Assembly: GCF_003918875.1 (NCBI RefSeq)
Contig: NW_025765103.1
Span: forward strand, 806,001 to 870,000
DNA from: Haliotis rubra
Taxonomy: Eukaryota
Direction: 5' to 3'
Length of the DNA: 64,000 nucleotides
Shown: piece by piece, positions 1 to 11,611 of the stretch
Position numbering within the stretch: position 1 is the stretch's first letter
Layout of the letters: each line of letters opens with the position of its first letter
Position numbers and translations under genes: made by a program
Notes under the pieces: generated by a model
What the model saw: only the letters and a program-made list of their open reading frames with translations
Told to the model about the DNA's origin: nothing
The model's database searches: none

Positions 1-1210
1 GTGGCCTCATAACCCGTGTACGTGTTGTCTCATAACCCATGTACGTGGGGTCTCATAACCCGTGTACTTGGGGTCTCATAATGTGTACCTGATGTCTGAT
101 ACCTTGTGTACGTGGGGTCTCATAACCCGTGAACGTGGGGTCTCATTATGTGTACCTCATGTCTGATAACTTGTGTACGTGGGGTCTCAAAACACGTGTA
201 CGTGGGGTCTCATACTGTTTACGTGTTGTGCAGTAATGCGTGTACGTGATGTCTCATAACATGTACGTGATGTCTCATAACGTGTGGTATACATGTCTCA
301 CAACGTGTGGTGCACATGATGTCTCACAACGTGTGGTGTACATGATGTCTCATAACGTGTGGTGTACATGATGTCTCATAACGTGTGGTGCACATGATGT
401 CTCATAACGTGTGGTGTACATGATGTCTCACAACATGTACGTGATGTCTCATAACGTGTGGTGTACATGATGTCTCATAACGTGTGGTGTACATGATGTC
501 TCATAACGTGTGGTGCACATAATGTCTCATAACGTGTGGTGTACATGATGTCTCATAACGTGTGGTGCACATGATGTCTCACAACGTGTGGTGCACATGA
601 TGTCTCATATCGTGTGGTGCACATGATGTCTCATAACGTGTGGTGCACATGATGTCTCATAACGTGTGGTGTACATGATGTCTCATAACGTGTGGTGCAC
701 ATGATGTCTCACAACGTGTAATAACGTGTGTGATGTCTCTCATAACGTGTGGTGCACATGATGTCTCAGAACGTGTGGTGTACATGATGTCTCATAACGT
801 GTGGTGCACATGATGTCTCAAAACGTGTGGTGCACATGATGTCTCATAACGTGTGGTGTACATGATGTCTCATAACGTGTGGTGCATGATGTCTCATAAC
901 GTGTGGTGTACATGATGTCTCACAACGTGTGCGTGATGTCTCATAACGTGTGGTGTACATGATGTCTCATAACGTGTGGTGCACATGATGTCTCACAACG
1001 TGTGAACGTGATGTCTCACAACGTGTGTGCGTGATGTCTCACAACGTGTGGTGCACATGATGTCTCATAACGTGTGATCCACATAATGTCTCATAACGTG
1101 TGGTGTACATGATGTCTCACAACGTGTGAACGTGATGTCTCACAACGTGTGTGCGTGATGTCTCACAACGTGTGTGCGTGATGTCTCACAACGTGTGTGC
1201 GTGATGTCTC
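1..1210. repeat. Minisatellite, ~26-bp unit TCTCATAACGTGTGGTGTACATGATG (more degenerate ~23-bp units at the 5' edge)
   Basis: Directly visible tandem copies. Confidence 0.95.
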
Positions 1211-2239
1211 AATACACGTATATTTGACATAATGATCTAGTATGCCATCACGATGAAACTGTTACCTCACTGTTTATTGGAAAGAAAAAAACATCGTCGC
1301 TCTAGACAGTGTCGCATGGACTGTCGTCGTTCACGAAGCCAACGAGGCTGGCGCGTATTAGCGTGTACAATGGCGAACACAATGCATCATTAGTTCAATA
1401 TTTGATTGAGCCACGTCAAGTTGATCACACACGTTAATTTCAAAGAATTGAAAGCAAAAAAAGTCTGATTGTGACCATTCAGTGTGTCACGATACCGAAC
1501 TGAGCAAGGGCTACATGAATCAGTGTGTGTTTTGGATTCATTGAGCATGGCATTGGAAGTATATTATTTCACTCGGTGCACTCAAAATAGATGTGTGCTA
1601 CGCATTAACCCAGAAAGAAGATATGATAAAACAAACGGGTGCATTGTACGGTTCCTGGCTCTGTTAGGAGACTTTGCCGACTTAAGCAGAGGTTGGGGTA
1701 CTGTCCCCGCAAACTCCCAGTAAACAATGCAACGCTGTTCTTCATTCGTAACTCTATATGGTAGAGTTTTGTTCTGGGGATTACACCATTACTCCACAGG
1801 GTAATAGTATGAATACTAATGGGCAACGGAGAAGAAACGAATTTGGATTTATCACGCTAACAATCCCTGTGTAAAACAAACGGTTGAAGGCTTAGCACAC
1901 AGGAGCTAATGTTATTAGTGTTTCGCTGAAAAGGCATAAATAGAAAGATCTGATTGAACGATTACAACAGTGAATGGTGAAACAGGGGCCATCTCAAAGA
2001 GTGTTTCACTATGCGCCATATGTCCAGCAGGAGTGGGTCGTTCTTTCCACAGACCATTCCTACCTCTCTCAATAAGGGGATTAATATAGATATCAGTCAT
2101 TCCATATGCAATGACAGTATGGACTGTGTGCCTCGGAGAAGACGTCACCGCATTTTAAATTAATTACATGAACCCGTGTCATGACCCAGGTGATTTCATG
2201 TGTAACTCCATCCGACCTCAATACCCCTTACCCTACACG

Positions 2240-3245
2240 ACAACTCAAACCTCCAACCCAACCCACACTCGTCCCCCACCTCAAACCTCCAACCCATAAT
2301 CACACCCGTGCCCCAACCTCAAACCTCAACCCATACTCACACCCGTGCCCCAACCTCAAACCTCCATCCCATACTCACACCCGTGCCCCAACCTCAAACC
2401 TCCATCCCATACTCACACCCGTGCCCCCACCTCAACCAACACCCACACCCAAACCTACAACCCAACTCACACCCACACCCGTCCCAACACCCACACTCGC
2501 CCCAACACCCAACTCACACCCACACCCGTCCCAACACCCACACTCGCCCCAACACCCAACTCACACCAACACCCGTCCCAACACCCATACCCGTCCCAAC
2601 ACCCAACCCACACCCACACTCGTCCCAACACCCATACCCGTCCCAACACCCAACTCGCACCCACACTCGCCCCAACACCCAACTCACACCCACACCCGTC
2701 CCAACACCCACACTCGCCCCAACACCCAACTCACACCCACACTCGCCCCAACACCCAACTCACACCAACACCCGTCCCAACACAACTCCATACCCGTCCC
2801 AACACCCAACCCACACCCACACCTCGTCCCAACACCCATCACACCCATACCCGTCCCAACACCCAACTCGCACCCACACTCGCCCCAACACCCAACTCAC
2901 ACCCACACCCGTCCCAACACAACTCACACTCACACTCGCCCCAACACCCAACTCACACCCACACTCGCCCCAACACCCAACTCACACCCACACTCGCCCC
3001 AACACCCAACTCACACCCACACTCGCCCCAACACCCAACTCACACCCATACCCGTCCCAACACCCAACTCACACCCATACCCGTCCCAACACCCAACTCA
3101 CACCCATACCCGTCCCAACACCCAACTCACACCCATACCCGCCCCAACTACTAAACCTACAACCCAACCCACGCCGACACCTCAAAGCTACAACCCACCC
3201 CACACCCCACAACCCACAACCCACAACCCACAACCCACAACCCAA
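2240..3245. repeat. C/A-rich tandem repeat, ~30-36-bp units (CCCAACACCCAACTCACACCCACACTCGC variants)
   Basis: Tandem copies; all three plus frames are open only because the strand is almost free of stop codons. Confidence 0.9.
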
Positions 3246-3781
3246 TCCCATGTGCATTTGGTAAGTCTATACATAGCTCCTAGCTACAGCGAGCCTGATT
3301 TCTGTGATCCTGTGTTTGAATCTCGTCCCGATCACGACACATTTCGTCAGCCCCATACCAGGCCTTCACCAGTATGGTGTAAACGTCGGTGTAAACTGTT
3401 AACTCACTAACCCTAAAACCTCCTCACTGCCACATGTGATCACCGTCTCTGATTTCTGTTCATTCTTACCCGATTTCAACCAGTGTCACACGCTGAGATG
3501 ACCCCTGAAGATGTTGGCGCGATATGATGTGTAATTCTGGCAAATTAGATCCTCCTTTTGCATGCAAACGTAAAAATAGCCTTACGACTGTATTTTTCTG
3601 ACCAACAATATAGCTTGTCATTACAAGGAGCACAACAAAGGTAGTGCGTCAATAGTCAAGTACTGTGGCTTATACTCCGTCCCCTCGCCCACCCAAGATA
3701 CACGCTATACTGTAAATACAGGCACGGCTGGGACAGGACGAGTCTAGGGACCCCCTTTCCCCACTAGAGTTCAAGATTCAC

Positions 3782-3941
3782 GTGGCGTAGCCTAGTGGTT
3801 AAGGCGTTCGCTCGTGACGCCTAAGACCCGAGTTCGATTCCCCACATGGGTACAATGTGTGAAGCCCATTTCTAGTGTCCCCCGCGTGATTTTGCTGGAA
3901 TATTGCTAAAAGCGACATAAAACCTCATTCACTCACTCACT
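3782..3941 (+). mobile_element. tRNA-derived SINE, family A
   Basis: A-box TAGCCTAGTGG, B-box GTTCGATTCC, tail GCTGGAATATTGCTAAAAGCG...(ACTC)n, TSD AAGATTCAC. Confidence 0.9.
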
Positions 3942-4196
3942 TAAGATTCACTTTGAGTGAATATTTTTGATGACGCAAAAGTCCATGTCTGTCACACGTG
4001 TCTGTCAGCACTGCACGAAAGCCTACAATGAGCCAGGTGCCACATCGTGACCACCTGATCCCCATCATGCTGGACTCTTGCAACAAGCATTATGTATAAG
4101 GGCGTACGATCTTCTTTTTCAGTACCCACAAGTTTCGACTCTGATTGTGTAAACAACAGAGCTAAAATATGAAACAAAGTAAAGTGGTCAAATGTA

Positions 4197-4470
4197 GTGA
4201 GTGAGTGAGTGAGTGAGTTTAGTTTTACGCCGCACTCAGCAATATTCCAGCTATATGGCGGCAGTCTGTAAATAATCGAGTCTGGACCAGAAAATCCAGT
4301 GATCAACAGCATGAACATCGATCTGCGCAATTGGGAACAGATGACATGTGGCAACCAAGTCAGCGAGCCTGACCACCCGACCCCGTTAGTCGCCTCTTAC
4401 GACAAGCATAGTCGCCTTTTGTGGCAAGCATGGGTTGCTGAAGACCTATTCTACCCCGGATCTTCACGGG
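4197..4470 (-). mobile_element. Non-tRNA short retroposon, family B, full length
   Basis: Matches the copies at 21271, 27339 and 39802; (ACTC)n tail; TSD (GG)TCAAATGTA. Confidence 0.9.
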
Positions 4471-4490
4471 TCAAATGTAACATTTGGGAT

Positions 4491-4628
4491 CACACTTTCT
4501 TTGTAAAGTACAGATTCTTGTACTTTTGCTGTCGATTAGTTGCCTGATTCTAAGGGTGTGGGTTCGAATCCCGGATGGGACTCAACCTAACAAAAGTACT
4601 AGAATCTGTGATTTATTGAGAAAGTGTA
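4491..4628. mobile_element. Short fold-back element / MITE with ~38-bp imperfect TIRs and an internal Pol III B-box-like motif
   Basis: CACACTTTCTTTGTAAAGTACAGATTCTTGTACTTTTG is inverted against CAAAAGTACTAGAATCTGTGATTTATTGAGAAAGTGTA; GGGTTCGAATCCC lies in the loop. Confidence 0.65.
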
Positions 4629-5895
4629 ATTTCAAATATAACAAAAGTGTAATTTCAAATGTAAGATATTTTATAAAGTATGTGAAGAAGTTGTATTTTC
4701 TTGTAGAAAGGCAGCAATTACCAGGACAAAATAATGCTCTTATAGCAACGCTGTATCTCTGTACCTACATATACTGTATGTATACACAAACTTTCAGCCT
4801 AGGCCACAAACTCTTGATACAGGCCGACAAAGGATGTAGAGGAATAGCTCACTCGTGTGTTTCCGTGTATCCACGAATGATTGTAATGATGACCAATGCA
4901 GGAAACCAGTTAACGTTTCTGGGGAAAATCTCGACAATTCTCATCCTTCTCGCACAATGACAACATGTCGAGTAGCTCAAGTTCAAACAGAAGGCTTCCA
5001 GGGGAGATAACCAGTACAGGAAATTCTCGAGGATATATATGAGTTATCTGAGAATAACGAGGGATGTGTGTCTGTGTGGCATCAATGTAATGTCGCGCAC
5101 AGATGTGACACAGTGGAAGCAATTCCGAGAAACCAGGCCAGACCTTGTTTTACCAGGCAGGGCAGCAACAAATACCATCTTAAATATCTTTGGCGTCTTT
5201 TGGTTACAATACGGGCTGACGAACCCCTTTTACACCATATGGAATATACAAGACACATATTGATCTTAACAAACGCCTCATATAGCACTAAGGAGAATAT
5301 AGCTCGGATAAGCCCCTGTTCAAAGTTAAATAGTTTGAACAAATTCGACTGGGCGCCTGTCAACCGCTACATTTGCATACCCGAATTAGAACCAGTTTGC
5401 GCATTCAACACGATTCGCCGAAATAACCTGTTTGGTCCTCGGAAACAGGTGACACGAAGGACGGCGGAAATACAAGAGCGTTCTGTGTGACCGCACTCTC
5501 AGATAGTTTACGGCAGGCGTGGTCAGGAGCGGCAGCCAGATTGACACGATAGCATGTGCCAATAGTTGACACAAACATGACTAGATAGATTATCTTGTAT
5601 AAAATACACATTCCTTCAGCAGTAGTATGCACGCCAGTACTAAAGTATCGATTACAATCGTCGTGTCAAGAATCAGTGACGCATCGATGTTGATGAAGGT
5701 GCTGACTGACATACCAACACCACGGCGACCTTTTTACTTTGCTGTTTTCTTATACATGCTTGGCTATTACTTTCTTATTATTGCTTTAATTTTGTTTTGA
5801 AAATGAAAACTGACAGATCTGCGGAAACGAAACTCGATATGGTTGGCATGTCTGTTATTGGCCAAAACACCCGCACTTACTCACAATGTAACCAA

Positions 5896-6041
5896 GGGGT
5901 GGTGGGGCAGGTTCAAGCGTTCGCTTTTCACGCCAAAGTTCCGATCTCCACATGGGCACAATGTGTGAAGCCCATTTCTGGTGTCCTCAGCCGTGATATT
6001 GCTGGAACATTGCTAAAAGCGGCGAAAACCTAAGTCACTCA
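5896..6041 (+). mobile_element. Degraded family A SINE
   Basis: CACATGGGCACAATGTGTGAAGCCCATTTCTGGTGTCC body plus shared tail. Confidence 0.8.
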
Positions 6042-6574
6042 CGCATAATGTAACCTCTTTTGGTGACGTTAAGAGTGGTCGCGTATTAAATTCATGTGAT
6101 CACACGCAGAATACAAAACAGAATGGTCTCAAAGAACTGTTTCGGACAGAGGGTACTTGGGCTGTTTTGGGCTGACTGCATATCACCGAGGTACCAAGGC
6201 TCCTGATTCCAGTCCCTCCCTCCGCCCGCCGTGACGTGGCTACAACTGCGGCGTGGTCTACAATCACTCCCTCGTCTGCGCACCATCCCCAACCCTCGCC
6301 CCGCTAATAAACACATCTTTAGCATTCTACTCATCGCTGTTGACAAGGAGTTCAAGGAGTTCAAGTCCGACTGATATTATAGCCAAGGAATGAGAAAACA
6401 TGAGGATCGGCTTGGGTTCTTACATTCTGCTTGCCACGAGAAGCTTCTCAACGTCCACCAAACAACAAAAAATGCAGTAGATGCATTTAGTACTGTATTT
6501 TTATTGGACTCGCCATAGAAACATACCAGCGATGAACTGAGTTACAGGTGGGCTATATCGTCAGTGCCGGAGCG

Positions 6575-6910
6575 GAGACTGACGGGATTGGCTGTCATCC
6601 TTGATACATCTCATCGTACCTCATTTACATGGACGGATGCTTATGAGGTCGATCACTGGTCCTGACTCGGTTTTTTTGTTTTTTCTTCTTATCTTGGGCA
6701 GTGGGGTAGCCTAGTGGTTAAAGCGTTGGCTCGGGTTCGAATCCCCACGTGGGTACAATGTGTGAAGCCCATTTCTGGTGTCCCCCGCCATGATGTTGCT
6801 GGAATATTGCTAAAAGCGGCGTAAAACCAAACTCAGTCAGTCAGTCAGTCTTCTTATGTTGCAAACCGCATTCAAATGACTGGAATAGAGTTAAGTGCGG
6901 CCTAAAGCAC
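6575..6910 (+). mobile_element. Old family B copy interrupted by a family A SINE
   Basis: GACTGACGGGATTGG...GATCACTGGTCCTGACTCG before the insertion; GACTGGAATAGAGTTAAGTGCGGCCTAAA tail remnant after it. Confidence 0.6.
6695..6850 (+). mobile_element. tRNA-derived SINE, family A
   Basis: A/B boxes, shared tail, (AGTC)n end, TSD TCTTCTTAT. Confidence 0.9.
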
Positions 6911-7744
6911 TTTAATCCAAACCTTCAATTTAGGTTTAGTACAAGCTTTTAACATATGATTTACGATATTCGAGTTTTGTTTAACTGTGATATTACAACA
7001 ATCTTTCTCCATACATCACACACGTACAACTGTTACCCACATGTTCTGAACGCTCATAATAAACGTAGCGTTGTAATAGTTATTGTAGCTGTTTCAGAGG
7101 ATTCGCTGTTAATGACGAACAAGTGTTGCCGGATGCTGGCGATGACTCTCGGCCATGATGCGGAAAGGAGTTTAGGTACAGACAATAGGCCGTTGTACCA
7201 GAATCCGGAAGTTTAGGGTGTACGCTCTGACTATAACATAATTGGTCACGTGATCGAAATGTGATAACATCGCGACGTGAGTTCTAAAAATGCGAGTCGA
7301 CTTTATCTCGCCGGGAGGAAGCAGTGCGCGCTGTGTACATTTATGTGTGCTACGTCACCATCAACCCGTGACCTTCACCTTGCATGGCGGTCTGCACTTG
7401 ACCTTCGATATGTGTGGTTTGGTTGAGAGTGCATTGATTGAAATAATTCGTGAATTTAACCTAAGTGATAAACCTCTTTTCCTTTCCACTTTGGGCTTCC
7501 TCCGACATTTAGGATGTGGTCTTCTGTGGTTGATGCAGTGTTCTAGGCGGTTTCTACCCCAACCACTGTTATGACGGAGACTGTGGTTTACTGTTTCACA
7601 AATAGAAGTAATGCCATCAAATAAACCAAGGTGAAATTGATGAATAAAATTGTCAATGAAGTGATTAAGTTACATATCGTCAGTCATGCAGATTGTAATT
7701 TTTTCACTGGTGGAACATGTTTTAGGGTGAAGATTTGGCTATGG

Positions 7745-7940
7745 AAAAGGTCTAGTCCCTTTAAGTACGAGTGTAGGTTCGAATTCCAAAACGTCCCAAT
7801 TGTAATTCTAGGTTTGTAAGCACCATGAATGCTCGTGGGTTTCTTAGATACGGAAAACATCCGACACATTCATCACTTGGAGTGTTCCTCCCACGTGACA
7901 CGCCGTGATATAACTGGAATACTGTTATAAGGGGGTAATA
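7745..7940 (+). mobile_element. Degraded third SINE type (V-SINE-like) whose 3' end seeds the adjacent satellite
   Basis: B-box GGTTCGAATTCC at 7776-7787; GTGGGTTTC...TTCCTCCCAC motifs; then tail-like CGCCGTGATATAACTGGAATACTG. Confidence 0.5.
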
Positions 7941-9200
7941 ACCTAGCTGTCACGCCCTGATATAACTGGAATACTGTTATAAGGGGGTTATAACTCAGCT
8001 GACACGCCGTGATATAACTGGAATACTGTTATAAGGGGGTTATAACCTAGCTGACACGCCGTGATATACATGGAATACTGTTATAAGGGGCTATAACCTA
8101 GCTGACACGCCGTGATATACCTGGAATACTGTTATAAGGGGGCTATAACCTAGCTGACACGCCGTGATATACCTGGAATACTGTTATAAGGGGTTATAAC
8201 CTAGCTGACACGCCGTGATATAACTGGAATACTGTTATAAGGGAGTTATAACCTAGCTGACACGCCGTGATATACCTGGAACACTGTCATAAGGGAGTTA
8301 TAACCTAGCTGACACGCCGTGATATAACTGGAATACTGTTATAAGGGGTTATAACCTAGCTGACACGCCGTGATATACCTGGAATACTGTTATAAGGGGT
8401 TATAACCTAGCTGTCACGCCGTGATATAACTGGAATACTGTTATAAGGGGTTATAACCTAGCTCTCACGCCGTGATATAACTGGAATACTGTTATAAGGG
8501 TTTATAACCCAGCTGACACGCCGTGATATAACTGGAATACTGTTATAAGGGGTTATAACCCAGCTGACACGCCGTGATATACCTGGAATACTGTTATAAA
8601 GGGAGTTATAACCTAGGCTGTCACGCCGTGATATAACTGGAATACTGTTATAAGGGGGTTATAACTTAGCTGACAGGCGTGATATACCTGGAAACTGTTA
8701 TAAGGGTTATAACCTAGCTGTCACGCCGTGATATAACTGGAATACTGTTATAAGGGGATTATAACCTAGCTCTCACGCCGTGATATAACTGGAATACTGT
8801 TATAAGGGGGTTATAACCTAGCTGACACGCCGTGTTATAACTGGAATACTATTATAAGGGGTTATAACCCAGCTGACACGCCGTGATATAACTGGAAAAC
8901 TGTTATAAGGGGTTAATAACCTAGCTGTCACGCCCTGATATAACTGGAATACTGTTATAAGGGGGTTATAACTCAGCTGACACGCCGTGATATAACTGGA
9001 ATACTGTTATAAGGGGGTTATAACCTAGCTGACACGCCGTGATATACCTGGAATACTGTTATAAGGGGCTATAACCTAGCTGACACGCCGTGATATACCT
9101 GGAATACTGTTATAAGGGGGCTATAACCTAGCTGACACGCCGTGATATACCTGGTATACTGTTATAAGGGGAGTTATAACCCAACTGACGCAGTCACTCT
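7897..9200 (+). repeat. Minisatellite, ~52-bp unit GACACGCCGTGATATAACTGGAATACTGTTATAAGGGGGTTATAACCTAGCT, ~25 copies, SINE-tail derived
   Basis: Tandem copies; unit aligns with SINE 3' end CCCCGCCGTGATATTGCTGGAATATTGCTAAAAGCGGCGTAAAACC. Confidence 0.93.
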
Positions 9201-9486
9201 CGGGTCAAGTATTAGCGTTTTCTACGTGTAACAGACGTAAGAATTAACGCAGTGTCAATATTTAAAAGAAGATTTATTTACGCCCAAGAAGTTGTGATAA
9301 CACTTCTGGCCTGTTTGCAGTTATCTGCACTTAATATTTAGTGGCAGAGTATTTCATATAGGAGTGTTTATTAACTCACGACAAGAGTCACTTGAAGTTA
9401 TAACGTCCATGTCTTTGTAGAGTTATGTAAGGAGCGGGCCTCTAAACTGCATAACTTGTTCCAGTTCCTTTGATACGTTTATAGAT

Positions 9487-9657
9487 AAAGATCCGGTTTA
9501 GAACTGGTCTGAAGCAAACCCACGCTTGTGGTAAGAGGCGGCTAGCGGTATGGGAAGGTCAGGGTCCTAACCACGTAGATCGATCTTCATCGTGTCAATC
9601 ACTAGATTGTCTGGTCAAGATTCGATTACCTACAGACCGTCGTAATTTTGCTGGAAC
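9487..9657 (+). mobile_element. Diverged family B copy
   Basis: AAGATCCGGTTTAGAA...GCTTGTGGTAAGAGGCGG...GATTGTCTGGTCAAGATTCGATTA. Confidence 0.75.
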
Positions 9658-11179
9658 ATAAAAATAATATAAATAATTAAATTAATAAATAAATATATAA
9701 ATAATATATCTATGTTTGATTTTATCAGAGAACTGGATTTGTTGTGGTGAGAAATGTCTCCTTTTATGAAAAACAATGGAGCAGCGTTGAGCTGGCGTGT
9801 CGCGATGAAGTAGTTCACGGACGTCAATGACGTTCACGTTATATTGTATCTGTAAAGGTGTTGCAGACAATGCGGTGGCTGTCTCAGTCGTGAGTGGTAA
9901 CTGCGTTGTTATAATGTACTCATACATGCATCGTGTATCATTCCGGAACAACACGAATGGCGACTTAATTTATGTCCCCTATCGAACAGCCCATGGCGGA
10001 TGTGTGTCAAACTATCTCAACTCATGTACACCTTCATGCGTCATGTTCACGCTCATTTGATTCCATATCTGGCTCTGCGTGGGTGTGTGGGTCGTCGTCA
10101 ACACCCTTATTTGCCTTGTGAAAAAACTCAAGGTTCAATGCTGCTGGCCATTGAGACGACTATTGATTAATCATGTCAGTTACACGATAAACTTCCTACT
10201 CTAGCGACTCGTATAACTACACCCTTAGCTTAAACAAGCTCTTATAATACCTGGTAGGGGCTCGCTGGCATGACGTCCTTGCCCTGTGCACGTATCGAAG
10301 CGTATACGTTTAAAGACGCATTTTTGGCCTCGTCCCAGAATGTTTTACTTAATATATCCGTGTATATATTTAATCAATTTTCACTTTCATTTCATTTAAA
10401 GATAAAGGATACAGGCTTTTACCCTGTTTGTTGTAAACAAGAATATACTTTCATGAATCTACGTTAAAGACAAATAGGCTATTAATATATTGTCATTCAT
10501 TTTTAGTTTATTTTCTGTATTCCGTTGGCAATGGGCGGGTTGACAACGTCAGTACTATAACAATTCAAAACAGATGTACAAATATATATNNNNNNNNNNN
10601 NNNNNNNNNNNNNNNNNNNNNNNNNNNNNNNNNNNNNNNNNNNNNNNNNNNNNNNNNNNNNNNNNNNNNNNNNNNNNNNNNNNNNNNNNNNNNNNNNNNN
10701 NNNNNNNNNNNNNNNNNNNNNNNNNNNNNATATGTAGTAGACATGTTAGGTTACAAGATATATGACACATTTGAACGCTTGAATTTTGCTACTGCAAGAT
10801 GAAAGCATTACACTTTAAGGAATGTCCAACTGTAATTGGATTTACATGACATATAAAGATAAAATTAACACATTTTACAGGAAAAATACCTAAATTGTCT
10901 TCACAAAATATTATAAAATGTAGCCCACAGTCTTTCTTCATTTTTGAGAAGCTGTGGGAATGTAGATTTGCCACATATTGTAGATTTGCATGGGCTGTAT
11001 TGGGTATATTTGTTTCAGAATCTGACAGACTAGAACTATCAATTGATGTCAGTATATGAAGAAAAGGTGGAGCAAATTTATACAACTGTTAACAACGTTA
11101 CCATCCGTTGCTTTCTCTCTGCACCACCGGTATTCCGGGGCAGAACAGGTCCCCATTGTATCCGGGTTCTTCTCCGTAC

Positions 11180-11611
11180 TAGTGGTGGTCCGATTAATTG
11201 AAATAATCGAAAATTGGTCGCAGTGACTAAACGACCAAGCAATTGATCATGTTTTCTCATAATCGAACACAAACAATTCTGGAACACCTTTTGCATTAAC
11301 AATATTTTTCACAAGGTTGGTTTTGTCAGTTACATTTCCTGAGCACTACAAGCTCGTTCCAAGTCATGAATGAATTTATCTTAAAGACCCCAAGACATTT
11401 ATGTTCCTAACATACTAGTCATCCTTGCAAGATGTGAAATTTGCCCCCACAAAAAACTCCCAAGAACTACATGTTTTTTCTTTATGTTTTTGTGCATTAA
11501 CAAAATAAACAGGAAAATTTCATAAATGACGCTAACCAATTATTTTCGATGATTGGTCGGTTGCAATGAAGCAATCATCAATTATGAGATTTTAACCAAT
11601 TCCCAACACTA
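11180..11611. mobile_element. hAT-like MITE
   Basis: Termini TAGTGGTGG... and ...CCCAACACTA, flanked by a perfect 8-bp TSD CTCCGTAC (11172-11179 and 11612-11619). Confidence 0.8.

Noticed and set aside
2181-3410. 409-aa Pro/Thr/His-rich mucin-like ORF
   Set aside because: All three plus frames are open because the C/A-rich repeat lacks stop codons, and the same peptide motifs shift between frames.
9307-9322. 15-nt match TGGCCTGTTTGCAGT to the start of the 25-bp array (~14585)
   Set aside because: A match of this length is expected by chance in 64 kb.
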